From assembly GCA_002633005.1 (NCBI GenBank), contig NMRA01000057.1:1-45954 (forward strand): a stretch of 45,954 nt of DNA. The letters are read 5' to 3'. Shown here in pieces: positions 25,931 to 38,752 of the stretch (positions are counted from its first letter, which is position 1; each line of letters starts with the position of its first letter). The notes below the pieces were generated by a model. The model did no database searches, was not told where the DNA came from, and was given only the letters and a program-made list of their open reading frames with translations. The translations under genes and the position numbers were made by a program. Origin of the DNA: Phoronis australis (lineage: Eukaryota > Animalia > Phoronida).

Positions 25931-26679
25931 GGAGCAAACTAGTTTTCCTAAATTTGATTGACTACGAAAACATGGGTACAGATATCAAGGTGAATTAAAT
26001 GAAGTGTGACAATTACGAACAGATACAGAATTTTGCATACTGGTGGTCATTACTTGCGCAATAACTATATTAAATTAATGGTTATTAGAAACATGGAAGA
26101 AAATACCAGTATAATTAACATGTGGTGCTTTTCATCCAGGGTATAAGCACTAGCAGGCTTTTGAATAACAGCTGCCTTAATTTGCTTAAATTCTGCAAAT
26201 TCAGGATTTATCCACATGTAAACCAACTTCACTGAATTCACTGACTTTGGATACGTAGGATAAACATCAACATAATCTATCCGTGGTGATAAAGTTATAA
26301 GCACAAACAGAATTTTTCATAATAGTAGCCTTAATTTGTATTTTAAAAAACTGCTCAGCGCTGATAGCTGAAATTCTTTAGTTGGCGAGCACTTCAAATC
26401 AAGAAAACCCTGATACTACCATGATTTACTAGGTCCCTTGTGGGGACCCTATCGGTGGCTACTAGACTATGAAACCTGTCGCAAAAGTTTGCATTATGTC
26501 TGTTTTACTGAGTGTTGTCATTACTGTTCATCAATCGAGACTCTTGAGGTACCGTTTCATGCAATCAGCGATTTCTCCTCAAAATTACATGTAGTCAAAA
26601 TATCCGGCCGTTACACTGGCCATTCTTTATAGGAACCGACTTGTAGCCTTAGCTGTATGCCGGGAATAGTTTGGCCTCT

Positions 26680-28225
26680 GATATCTTCTAGGATGCAGAC
26701 GTAGAGCCACTTTCGGCAGCCAACCAAACTATGCTAAGAGCTTTTCACCAAGCCATTTTTGGGTGTTAAAACGTTACAGTGCTTTACGGGAAGAACTGAC
26801 GTATGAGTGCTCGGCAGTTAAAAACTTAAATGAAAAAAGTTAGGTCCTAAAACAGATGTGTTTACATTGTAGAGCATTCACACGCACAATAGATGTCTGC
26901 TTCTCCAACTGAAGCGACTGACTTCAAACAGGCATCAACATATAAATTTTTGTTAATTGTTTTTATTGTTTCTGAATTATAGCCCACTTGATTATCTCTG
27001 GCTGTTTTTTGTAAGGGAAAATTGCACAACGTGGGCTGCAAATTCCAGCAATCAAATGGGGGGTCATCGTTTTTCCACCAGAGAAATTGTAGCCAATCAC
27101 GATCCTCTTTATGCACCTTCACTTGCATATACATGACTTCTATGTCTCCCATAAACGCTATGGGTTCTTGTCGGAATTTCAACAAAACTCCGACAAGATT
27201 GTTCATTAAGTCAGGGCCTTGATGCACAGCATCATTCAGGGATTTTCATGAATATCTAGCAGAACATTACACTATTCTGATTTTCTCTGGCTTGCGAGGG
27301 TGAGTAACCGGATGGGGTAGCAAGTACCACGCAGTTTTCTTGTTGTCGGAAGACATCTGTCGTGTCCAGGGCAAACTTCTTCCACACCACCCCTTTTAAC
27401 AGATTCATGGAACTCGTCAAAATATTTTGGCGAGGCTCATTGTTTTTGGACAATCGTCTTCCGAGCATGTCAAGCCGGTGCTTCCCCATGGGATAGTTGT
27501 TAGGCATTTTAGGTGGGTTTTGTTTGAATGGTATTGGCTTTGCAATAGGCTAGATGACTCCCAGAGAGATAATGACACTTTTATTATCCAAAGACGTGGT
27601 TGTTTTTTCCTTACGCAAGGGGTCATCTAACATCCAAAAATTTTTAATTTGCCTTTCCAAGGCAGTGCAATAAGTAGTTCGTTGTTTTCGCCGGGTACCA
27701 GTTGAACTATAGATTTCCAAACCAATGGTGTCCTTGCTGCGAAGGGTTCACCTTCCTTTCCAGCCCGTATCTCTAAGTCAACCAACAAGTGGGCGTCGTC
27801 AGCGCCAATTATCCACCTGTGACACATCAGCGTCCGACAGGTGGATGCCTTTCAAGTGGGCCTTTCGTTTAATATCTCAGAGGTAACACCATTACCCATG
27901 TTGACAATCAGGGTATTTCGGGACATCACATTCCTCAACATGTTAATCCTATTACCATTGAGAGCAGCGACCCCTATGTCAACAACTGTTGCCTCCTCAG
28001 TAATGTGATCTCCATGTAGTGTTGTCAATTCTATGAATTCCTTTGTGCCAGACAGACTATGCTTCTTCCGTAGTGTGTCTGTGCACATAGCTGAGTCAAA
28101 GATACTACAACTATAAAATCTTTGGTTGAGTTGGAACATCTGTCTAACAGAGTATTAAATTTCAACTTGAATTTTGTGGATTGAACCCCGAATCATAAGT
28201 GGCACAATAGTCAGACCAATTGGGC
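26680..28225 (-). mobile_element. Decayed BEL/Pao LTR-retrotransposon pol fragment (protease region to reverse transcriptase)
   Basis: QGPDLMNNLVGVLLKFRQEPIAFMGDIEVMYMQVKV...DRDWLQFLWW and NLYVDACLKSV are BEL/Pao RT motifs. IIGAD...EIRAGKEGEPFAARTPLVW matches the BEL post-protease motif. Many frameshifts and stops; no LTRs seen. Confidence 0.9.
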
Positions 28226-31200
28226 AGCCTTCAATTGTTTCTTTAGTAATTGGTTCACGTACTATTCACGTGTTGCCCAGATGGGTTTTTTGTAATTCGA
28301 TTTCTGAGTAGTAGGCCTGGGGTATTCTGTAGTATGTAGTTCTACAGGAAAAGTTTACATTGTAAAAGAATCCAGTCCAATATTACATGTAAATGTTACT
28401 CACAGCACTTGGCGGTCTGTCCCATTTTTTATTTTTTTCCGCCATCCCTCCACACCAATCAAAATGGTCCGCGTTTTGACACACGACCAAATTGGCATAC
28501 ATGTTCCATATACTATTGTAATGTACCCCGCAACATAGTCATATTTTTGTTTCCTCTCTACTAAAAAGAAAATTGACATTTCATCGGTTTCTGCGGCACG
28601 AGCATTTTCCAATTCGCCTAAAATAACAACAAAATTCCGTCGAAATCTTTTGGGTGTAATATCTGGCGTTAGACAAAAACTCTGCCGGGACACTTCTGTG
28701 TGTTGCAGCAAACATCTCACCCTTGCATTTTGGCTTACATCTCGATATGCTCCGCTTTTTATGCGGATAATCTTGCTTTTCATCTCAGTTGTTGCGTTTT
28801 TTCGTTATTGAATGTTGACCATAGCAACTATGCAACAGTTGTTAAAAAATAGCTCTTGGTTATAAATATTGTGATTTTTCATAGTCCGATTTCTTTACCA
28901 ACATAACAATCGTATAAGTGTGTTTCAGTGTCTACGTAAACTTACACTACGTGCATCACAATCACTTATTTTACTTTCTGAAGAAATGAGTATTGCAATC
29001 AATGCAATACGCTATCCACAGTACATCTCAAATCTACCTAATAGACGTTTGCCTATTTTTAACTATCAGTATACCTTTCGGATATACAATTGGTGTAATT
29101 AGTTCATTACATTTCCCTTAAAGGTCACTGCATCTTGAATTTTTACTGAAGAACGTAATAGCATCAAACAGCAAAATGGTTCCAGCTAACTGTATCATAT
29201 ACAGATGTATAATTTTGAATAAATGCCTGACTAAATTATCCACAGCAACTTTGAGGGATCAATCTTCTAATATCCTTGTCTTTTGTAGGGTACACATTTT
29301 TGTAATCATTGAGATGAAATAATTTCCCTGTTAGTTTGACTATTCACAAATGTAACCTATCCTTTTCTATTTTTCTATGTTACTGTTAATTTATCAACAA
29401 AGTAATGGTAGGATACCAATTATTTCAACACCCGTAAATAACTTAGTTTACTCAAGGAAGAGTGTAGTTTTTAGTGACACTAATTTTGTGTCAGATTTTA
29501 TTCAGTCAGCCTTTTACCCACATCGGCGCAGCTGTATATTTAGTATACAACTTTGCACCACGAGTGAATAAGCTTTTTTGAAGGGCATGAATTCTGTGCA
29601 GTTATATTTGACGTCGTATTTCTGCAGATAAGTGAGTTCACGCGATCACAATTTCGACATGTGCAGCTTGATGTTTGATGTGCAATTTGTGTGTGATGTG
29701 TATGACTACTACTGTAAAGAACCCTCTTTAATGGCTATCGTTTGTGTTAAGGTGTGTATATGACATACTACAACGATTCTGTTAACCCGAGGAAGGAGGC
29801 GGGCGGTGCAGGAAGTAGGAAAACGTGTAAAAACATTCTACATGTGTCGTCAAAGGAACGCATTCCTTACAAACGCAATGTCTACACGGAGACACCACCA
29901 AGTGCGGCAAATTGTGCTAAGGAATATGAAAGACCTCAAGGAAGATCAGCAGCAAGGTTTACATTTTGGCAGATCTGCAGTGAACAGGAAAACAAATGTG
30001 TTGGGTCATCTCAATCAATGTCGGTAGGCTCATTTGTTTATATGGCAACAATATTATCATTTTGATTGAAGACGATGAAAGAGAGAGCCTTGACTGTTGA
30101 GGTAACGGACTAAGCAGAGAAGGCTTCCACACGGATATGCCTTCTATACCAGCAGCATGTGCACAAAAGAAGCTGCCGCTAGGCAGATAATCTTTACAAA
30201 TGTTGGAGAGACTCTTGCCGAATGGGGAAGACCCTTGACTCCTAAAGACGATAAGAGCCCAGCTGATGATAGCCCAGGAGCCAATCCCGACTGGTGTTTA
30301 AATGTTTTGCTTCTCGAACTAGCTAATACATCAGCTCAGTGCTAGTGCTGACCAAATCTATATATGTTAGGTACGGTATTTATGGTATCACATACGGTTT
30401 TGCTTGGTTATATTTCGCTTCTCTTAACCTCTTTTTTACAACAATGAACCGAGTCGTCTGCCATCTTATGTCCAAAAATGACGTCATGTGACAGTTAGTA
30501 GTGACCTGTATGCCAAGGGAATGTATGTTTTAGATTATCTGTGGATGATAGGTGCAAATGGCAAAAATGAAACACTAAGATGTAGAATTGGCTGATTAAT
30601 TGATTAATTGGTCAACAACTAAACTTGTACCGTCTATTAATGATAGTATAATAGTAAAACAAACTTTATATAACTACCTAATTAAACATTTAGGTAGATG
30701 CCTACATTCGAAAACAAAACAATGTGAGATCAGGTGGGAAATTTCTATGAATAGCGACTGGCCGAAGGATAGAAAACCTGCGGTTTGTATTGAAATTTTG
30801 CTCCGACGAAGATTTATGTGCCCAAAAACAATCAGAACTGCCCGCACGGCAATTCCGTTTGGATTGGAAATCGCGAGGGTTTGGACTTCCGCGCCCGCCC
30901 TGTCGGCCGTTTTCATTCGCAATTGAACCGTTGGCGATAATTGAACTGATTCTGTCGGTGAATTTTAAAAATAATGCAGTTTGCACGAGTTGCCTCCATT
31001 CTTGTCGGACGTGGACGGAAATGTATGGACAAACAATGCCGCCCATTAAATTATGCTAACCGGAATCTGACCTCACATGATGGTCGCAAATGCGGTATTT
31101 AAAGTCGTCGTTCTCTTGTAGAGAATTGTTCACAAAGGTCGCCTTGCAACAGCTCCTCTTATGGTTCTTATATAAAATACACTTTGTGCAAATACGTCGA

Positions 31201-31364
31201 TGAGAGCAGTGTTGAAAGTTGTCTTGTGACAATATGCGGCACCAAATGACCAACAAAACTTCAATTGTTTTTGATTTCAACTTCAAGAAACTCCAGCGAA
31301 AAAATATATTTCTTCCTTATCATGTTACCAGTTTTATCATTCCGAATCTGTTTCCTTGGCTCCT

Positions 31365-34300
31365 TGCATGAAGAAACCAACTTTGGCCTTATTGTTGACA
31401 GCAGTTCGTAAATCATTCAATAGGATGGCGCCACCGGTCATCCAAAGCAATATGCTTAAATAGACTGTGACTTATCTTTTTCTACTCAAAGAGATCGCAA
31501 CTTGTTGGTAATGTACCTATTTGCTCTTTTCAAGAATGATGCTCTTCTTGAATTACCCATCCCCTTAAGTTAACATCCTTGTAAACGTCCCCGACCTTTC
31601 TCCTACATGGGAAACAAGGCTTTTTAATGATGTATCAGTGACATCATGCAATTTGATGACAAAACCAACTTTGGCCTTATTGTTAACAGCAGTTCGTAAA
31701 TCATTCAATAGGATGGCGCCACCGGCCATTCAAAGCAGTATGCTTAAGTATACTGTGTTATAAAATATACACTTTTCCCTGCAAAGAGATCGATACTGGT
31801 TGGTAATGTTCCTCTTTGCTATTTTCAAGAATGATGCTCTTCTTGAACTGTCATCCATGTCAACATCCCCGTTGGCGTACCCGAACTTCCTCTTACATGG
31901 AAAGCAAGGCATTTTTTGATGCATTGGTGACCTCATGCAATTTGACCAAGAAAGCAACTCTGGCCTTGGTGTAAACTGAAGTTCTTAACTCGTTCAATAT
32001 GTTGGCGCTACAGGTCATCCGGCGCAGTGTGCTCAAGTAGACTGTGTTATAAGACATACCTGTTTTCCCCGCCAAGAGATAGCAACTTGTTAGAAATGTA
32101 CATCTTTTTCTTGTCAAGAATGTTTTTCTTGAACTGTCATCCTCCTCAACATACCTGTTGACATCCTCGACATTCCTCTTACATGGGAAACAAGAAATTT
32201 TCATGGTGTAATGAACACATCATGCAATTTGATGAAGAAAACAAGTTTGACCGTATTCTTGACAGCAGTTCGTAAATTAGAAAGGCGCCACCGGTCACCC
32301 AAAGCAATATGCTTAAGTAAACTGTGTAAATAGACATACCTTTCTTCCCCTAAAGAGAGCAATTTGTTGGTACGAATGATATTCTTTCTGAATTGCACTC
32401 CTCCTCAATATCCTCGTTGTCGTCTCCGACGTTCGTCCTACATACGAGTCAAGTCATTTTTAGTGATAAATTTTAATGACATCATGCGATTTGATGACAA
32501 AACCAACTTTGGCCTTATTGTTAACAGCAGTTCGTAAATCATTCAATAGGATGGCGCCACCGGTCATCCAAAGCAGTATGCTTAAGTATACCGTGTTATA
32601 AAATGTACACTTTTCCCTGCAAAGAGATCGATACTTGTTGGTAATGTTCCTCTTTGCTCTTTTCAAGAATGGCGCTTTTCTTGAATTTTCCTCCACCTCA
32701 ACATCCCCGTTGGCGTACCCGACCTTCCTCTTACATGGAAAGCAAGGCATTTTATTGATGCATTGGTGACCTCGTGCAATTTGACCAAGAAAGCAACTCT
32801 GGCCTTGGTGTAAACTGAAGTTCTTAACTCATTCAATATGTTGGCGCTACAGGTCATCCGGCGCAGTGTGCTTAAGTAGACTGTGTTATAAGACATACCT
32901 GTTTTCCCCGCCAAGAGATAGCAACTTGTTAGAAATGTACATCTTTTTCTTGTCAAGGCATTTTCATGATGTAATGAACACATCACGCAATTTGATGAAG
33001 AAAACAACTTTGACCGTATTCCTGACAGCAGTTTGTAAATTAGGAAGACGCCACCGGTGACCCAAAGCAATTACGCTTAAGTAAACTGTGTTAATAGACA
33101 TACGTTTCTTCTCCCGAAGAGATAGCAATTTGTTGGTAAGAATGGTATTTTTTCTGAATTGCACTCCTCAATATCCCCGTTGACATCTCCGACCTTCGTC
33201 CTACATACGAGTCAAGCTATTTTTAGTGATAAATTTTAGTGACATGATGCGATTTGATGACGAAACCAAATTTGACCTTTTTGTTGACAGAATTTCGTAA
33301 ATCATTCAATAGGATGGCGCCACCGGTCATCCAAAACAGTAGCAGACCGTGTTATAAGACACACCTTTTTCCCGCAAAGAGATTGCATTTTTGGTAGTAA
33401 AAATCTTTGCTCTTTTCAGGAATGATGTTCTCCTTCTCAACATGCCCGTTAAGGTCCCTCACCTACATCTTGCATGGGAAATAAGGCATTTTTAATGATT
33501 TATTACTGACATCCTGCAACTTCATGAAACACTTTTGCCTTAATGTTGACAGCAGTTCGTAACTCACCCAATAGGATGGCGCCACCGGTCATCCGAAAGA
33601 ATATGCTTAAGTAAAGTGTGTTATTATACATGTCTTTATTTCCAAAACAAATAGCAATTTGTTGGTAATTTACCTATTTGGTCTTTTCAGAAATGGTGTT
33701 CATCTTGAATAGCCCTGCCCTTCAACATCCCTCTTAATGTCCTTGACCTTCCTGCTGCATGGGAAGCAAGACATTTCCAATGATGTATTAGTGACATCTT
33801 GTAATTTAATAACGAAACCAACTTTGGCCTTGTTTTTGATAGCAGTTCCTAAGTCACTAAATAGGATGGCGCCACCTGTCATCCAAAGCAGTATGATAAA
33901 GTAGACGGTTATAGGACACATGCCTTTTTCCTCGAAGAGGTAGCAACATGCTGGTAAAGCGCCTCTTTATTCTTTTAAAGAATGATGTTCTTCTTGAATT
34001 GCCCTCCTCCTCAACTTCCCCGTTTACGTGCACGACCTTTTTCTTGCATGGAAGCAAGGCAGTTTCATGTTGTATTAGTTACTTCCTGCAATTTGTCCAC
34101 GAAACCAACTCTGGCCTTATTACAAACAGTAGTTCACAAATAATTCAACATGATGGCGCCACAGGTCATCCAAAGAACTGTGCATAAGAGGACCGTGTGA
34201 GCAGACATACCTTTCTTCCCTCTAAGTGATAGCAATATGTTGGTAATGTACTGCTTTGCTTCTTTCAAGAATGATGCTCTTCTTGAATTGCACTCCCCCT

Positions 34301-36020
34301 CAACATCCCCGTTGGCGACCCCGACCGTCCTCCTACATGTACATGGGAATCAAGGCACTTTTAATGACGCGTTAGTGAAGTCTTGCAATTTGCTGACGGA
34401 ACTAACTTTGGCCGTATTGTTCACAGCAGTTAGTAAATCAACGAATAGGGTAGCGGCACTGGTAATCCGAAGAAATACACACATGTATGCTTAAGTAGAC
34501 TGGAATATAAGATATATTTTTCTTTCCCAAAGAGATAGCAATTTGTTGGTAATGGACCTATTTGTTATCTTTAGGAATGGTGTTCTTCTTGAACAGTCCT
34601 CCCCTCAACATGCCCGTTGACGTCCCTGACAATCCTGCTGAATGGGAAACAAGACAATTTGATCTTTAATTTGACTCGTGACATTGACAAGTTGCGTTAG
34701 ATTGGCTGCTTTGCGGTCAATACAACGCCGTAGTCATTTGTAAACGCAGCTATTTTTGACAGGCAATTGTTTTTTGTTTGTGTTACGCCGAACTGCATCT
34801 TGTTGCGTTTTTAAAATTCTCCTAAATGATTTAATAAATTGGCGCCACATGTCATACAAAGCAGTGTGTTTAACTAGACTGTTTTATAAGACGTACTGTA
34901 CCTTTTTCCCGCAAAGAGATTGCAACTTTCGAGTAATGTAACTCTTTGGTCGTTTCAACAATGGTGTTTTTGAATTGCCTTCCTCCTCAAAGTCCCCATT
35001 GACGTCCCAGACCTTCCTCTTACATGGGAAGCAAGGTATTTTTAATGATGTATTAGTGACATCATGCAATTTGAAGACGACAACAAATTTGGCCTAAATA
35101 TTGACAGCAGTTCGTAATTCAATCAATAGGATTGCGCTACCGGTCATCCAAAGCAGTATGCTTAAGTAGACTGTGTTATAAGACACACATGTACCTGTTT
35201 TCCCTGCAAAGAGATTGCAACTTGTTGGAAATGTACGTCTTTGCTCTTGTTGTTTTTGAACCGCCCTTCTCTGCAACATTCTATTTGATGTCCCCGACAT
35301 TCCTCTTGCATGGAAAACAAGACATGTTCATGATGTATTAGTGACATCATGCAATTTGATGACGAAATCAACTTTGGCCTTATTGTTGACAGCAGTTTAT
35401 AAATCATTCAGTAGGATGGCGCCGCAATTCATCCAAAACAGTTTGATTAAGCAGCCTGTGTTATAACACTTACCTTTTTTCCGCATAGATCGCAACTTTC
35501 TGGTAAAGTACCTCTTTGATTTTGTCAAGAATGAAGTTCTTCTTGAATTGCCCTCCTCCAACATCCCTGTTGAAGTCCCCGAATTTCCTCCTACATACAC
35601 TGTAGGAACAAGGCACTTTAATGATGTATTAGTAACATGATGCAATTTGATGACGAAACCAATTTTGGCCTTGTTGTTGGCAACAGTTCGCAAATAACCA
35701 AATAGGTTGGCGACATTGGTCATCCGACGCAATATGTTTATGTAGATTGTGTAATAAGACGTACCATTCTTCTCGCAAAGAGAAAGCGGTTTGTTGGTAA
35801 TGTACCTCTTTGCTCTTTCAAGAATGATGCTCTTCTTGAATTGCCCTTCCCCTCAACATTCCCGTTGACGTCTTTGACCTTCTTCCTACACGAGAAACAT
35901 GGCATTTTTAATGTTGTATTAGTGGCATCATGCAATTTGATGACGAAACCATTTGTGGCCGTATTGTTGACAGCAGTTCATAACAAACTCAATAGGATGG
36001 CGCCATCGGTCATCCAAATC
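31365..36020 (-). repeat. Tandem array of 17 diverged ~290-bp units with a coding-like minus-strand unit
   Basis: Marker (t)ggcgcc-ccggtcat recurs near 31426, 31714, 32003, 32284, 32552, 32842, 33047, 33315, 33577, 33867, 34154, 34451, 34840, 35132, 35417, 35708 and 35998. Confidence 0.95.
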
Positions 36021-37293
36021 AGTTATGGTAATAGTTTGAGGTTCATTTCAGGATTATACGTGTTAGAGCTACGCGCTATTGAATAAGTTAAACTGAATAT
36101 TTGCTCGCGGGGTTAAAACGAGATCGATTAGTGACTTTTAGTGTATACAAAAACAGACATTAGTTGAAGGTTGTTTTGATGGTCAGGACGTAAATGAAAT
36201 ACTCCGTACGACAGCGGGCAACAGTTCGAAGGGCCGATATTCCAAAAAAATGATGACACTTCGACTCGCATATAAAATATCAATTTTACACCTTCCTGAA
36301 TTTCTTGATTCTCGAAACTCGCCATGTATCTGACATCAGAAAGGGTAACGTGCAAAAATCTGTAACTAGTCTTGCAGGAAAAGTCAGAAATCATTGAAGT
36401 ACCACTAACTTCGGAATCACGAATGTAGAATAGATACATGTAAACTCAATGCACTCTTTTTGTCCTTTGAATGTAGAAAACATAAACCCCATTGCAACCT
36501 TGTTATGCTATATTTCACAACTTCTTATAAGTTAGCGACTGAACTAGTGTGTGAGACATTGACTAAAAGTAAAAAAAATGTATAACCATACAACAAATTA
36601 CTAAGTACTGTAGCAAAACATTACAATTAACTTAACGTAAGTAGGGCGGTCAAACCATATTTTTTCATTTTGAAGGATTTTGTATTATCATCGGAAAGAT
36701 AATGCATCCTGTTCAATAAAAATTGAAAAATTGTCAAAATCGGGGCAAGTGAGCGTAGGCACACCTAGGCGCAGCTAACCACCTTTTGGCATTTGAACGT
36801 AGCGCTTACTCACCATAAGTTACGGTCAGTGCCCAAGGTGATAGGGTGGGTTTTGGGCGCCTACTTACCTCTAATTTTACCACTACACCACTGAGTGCAA
36901 AAGCATTGTGGCAAAATTTTGCTTACTTGTTTGGATCGGGTCGGCCATCTTGGACGTCTGCGGGATAAGTTACGATTTTAAAACTGCGTATTAATAATTT
37001 TCACCAATTAATAATTTACGGTGAAACTTAGTGAGAATTATCTTTACTTACGATTCTTGCGATCGAACAGTTTTCATCAAATTTCAACCAAGGAGATGTT
37101 ATTTAATGAGTGATAAAATTGCTCACATTTCCGACGGAACCGACAACATGGCAACTTCTGCTGAACTAAAACACATGTTCAACCGGCTACTTTGTATCTT
37201 GTGATGAATTAATTTTTATACATTTTGATGAACGCTGCTGCAAAAAAGCAACTTAGTTCAATTTTCACGTTTAGTGCAAAAAATATCAGAAGT

Positions 37294-37733
37294 ATTCAAA
37301 TTCTTTTACTCTAAATTATTTCCCATTCAGGTGTTCTCACACCCTGCTAAAAATAGTTGAAATACAGTATGTTTCAAACCGTTTTTTGTTTGACAGTCAA
37401 ATGCTCTTCAAGGTTTGATTATGTGTCACATCGTGATTTAGATTTCTTTACATTTTGTGTTAAAATTGTTCTTTGATGTCGTATTTTGTTACTTGTTGCT
37501 TTCTTACTTAAGGTTGCCAAGACAACAATATGAAAAATATTAAATAGATATTGAAATAGATGTTGGATTGTGAAGCTTCAAACCTCCAAAACGTGTTCCT
37601 TGCAACTTCATATTATGAAACCATGCTTGTCGAATTCTAGTGTAAGGAAACTCTATTTGGTCGCCATGGTAATAGGTATGCATGTCCATTGTCATATCGT
37701 GAAAATTGGTCGTGTGGTTGGATAACGTTTGTA
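37294..37733 (+). repeat. Dispersed repeat, direct copy of 1-397
   Basis: Same collinear blocks with small indels. Confidence 0.85.
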
Positions 37734-38752
37734 AAGCTTAAATGTTTCAATGTACTGTGCATTCGAAGTTACTTATTATGGTAAAACGTTAGATTACTTT
37801 GGCTTAAATATTTACGTCACTGTACTGAGATTATTTCAGTTGTGACTTATGTTCAGTAGATGTAACACTCAACTACCTTGAAAGTCTCTTACTCCAGAAA
37901 CCAAATATTGAGTTCCGACTGAAATCACTTGAATTTGATTTGAGCTGTGGAATACTAAACGATTAAACTATAATCGTCTTCTAACTTTTTCTTTCATTTC
38001 AATGAGTGAGTGACCAAAGCTTGATAGAATTAGCTTGCTATAAATAAGGTGCTCACTGGCATCTTCAGGCAACATTTCTTGATGCCTTGGGTTTACTATT
38101 ATTTCAATAGATTAACAAATGAATTTAAAAAAAAACCTTTGCCGATGTTTCTGACCCATTTTTACGCAGTTCTTGATCCTTGGGGAAACAGCTAGTAACT
38201 AAATTCTTTATCTCGCTAACTGTTATTATATCAGCCAGGTACACAACACGTGATGTATAACCTCCCTGCGGCCGGTTCGCCCCCACGCTTGCCGACGTAC
38301 TTGTTTACTGAATAATAATGCATTAACCACAATGCAACATTCTGACCCATTTCCAATATGGCGGGGTTGCAACTCGAATATTACGAGCTGATCTATCTGA
38401 ACGATAACTGAGCTGACACTGAGGCTCACGCCAAGGCCTGAAAGTACAATAATGCAATAAACTAGCCACTACTTTATTAAACTGATCTCGCCTTGACTTG
38501 AACGTAGCTCTCAGACTGCTATGTCCAATAACACAAACTTCAAAACACTTGAAACGTCACGTGACAACAACATGTGTGTTCCTCCAGAGATTTTTCTCGT
38601 GTTGCGGGCTACAATCTAGAGCAGATTTGGACTTAACTTGTAGTTTCTCCTTACTCCACAAGAACTTAAAAATCTTAGAGACGCTATTTGGAAAACTTGA
38701 GGAGGATTTCAGGTAATTTGTTGGGTCGAAGCTGTATTCTTATTCAAGAATT

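Noticed and set aside
28400-28783. 127-aa minus-strand ORF faintly like an endonuclease/phosphatase N-terminus
   Set aside because: No catalytic motif can be confirmed by eye; a search is needed.
29754-30345. Cluster of short plus-strand ORFs
   Set aside because: Possibly decayed coding sequence, but no family or consistent splice structure could be supported.
31365-36020. CRISPR-like or other repeat-spacer array
   Set aside because: Whole units are homologous with no unique spacers, there are no cas genes, and the context is eukaryotic.
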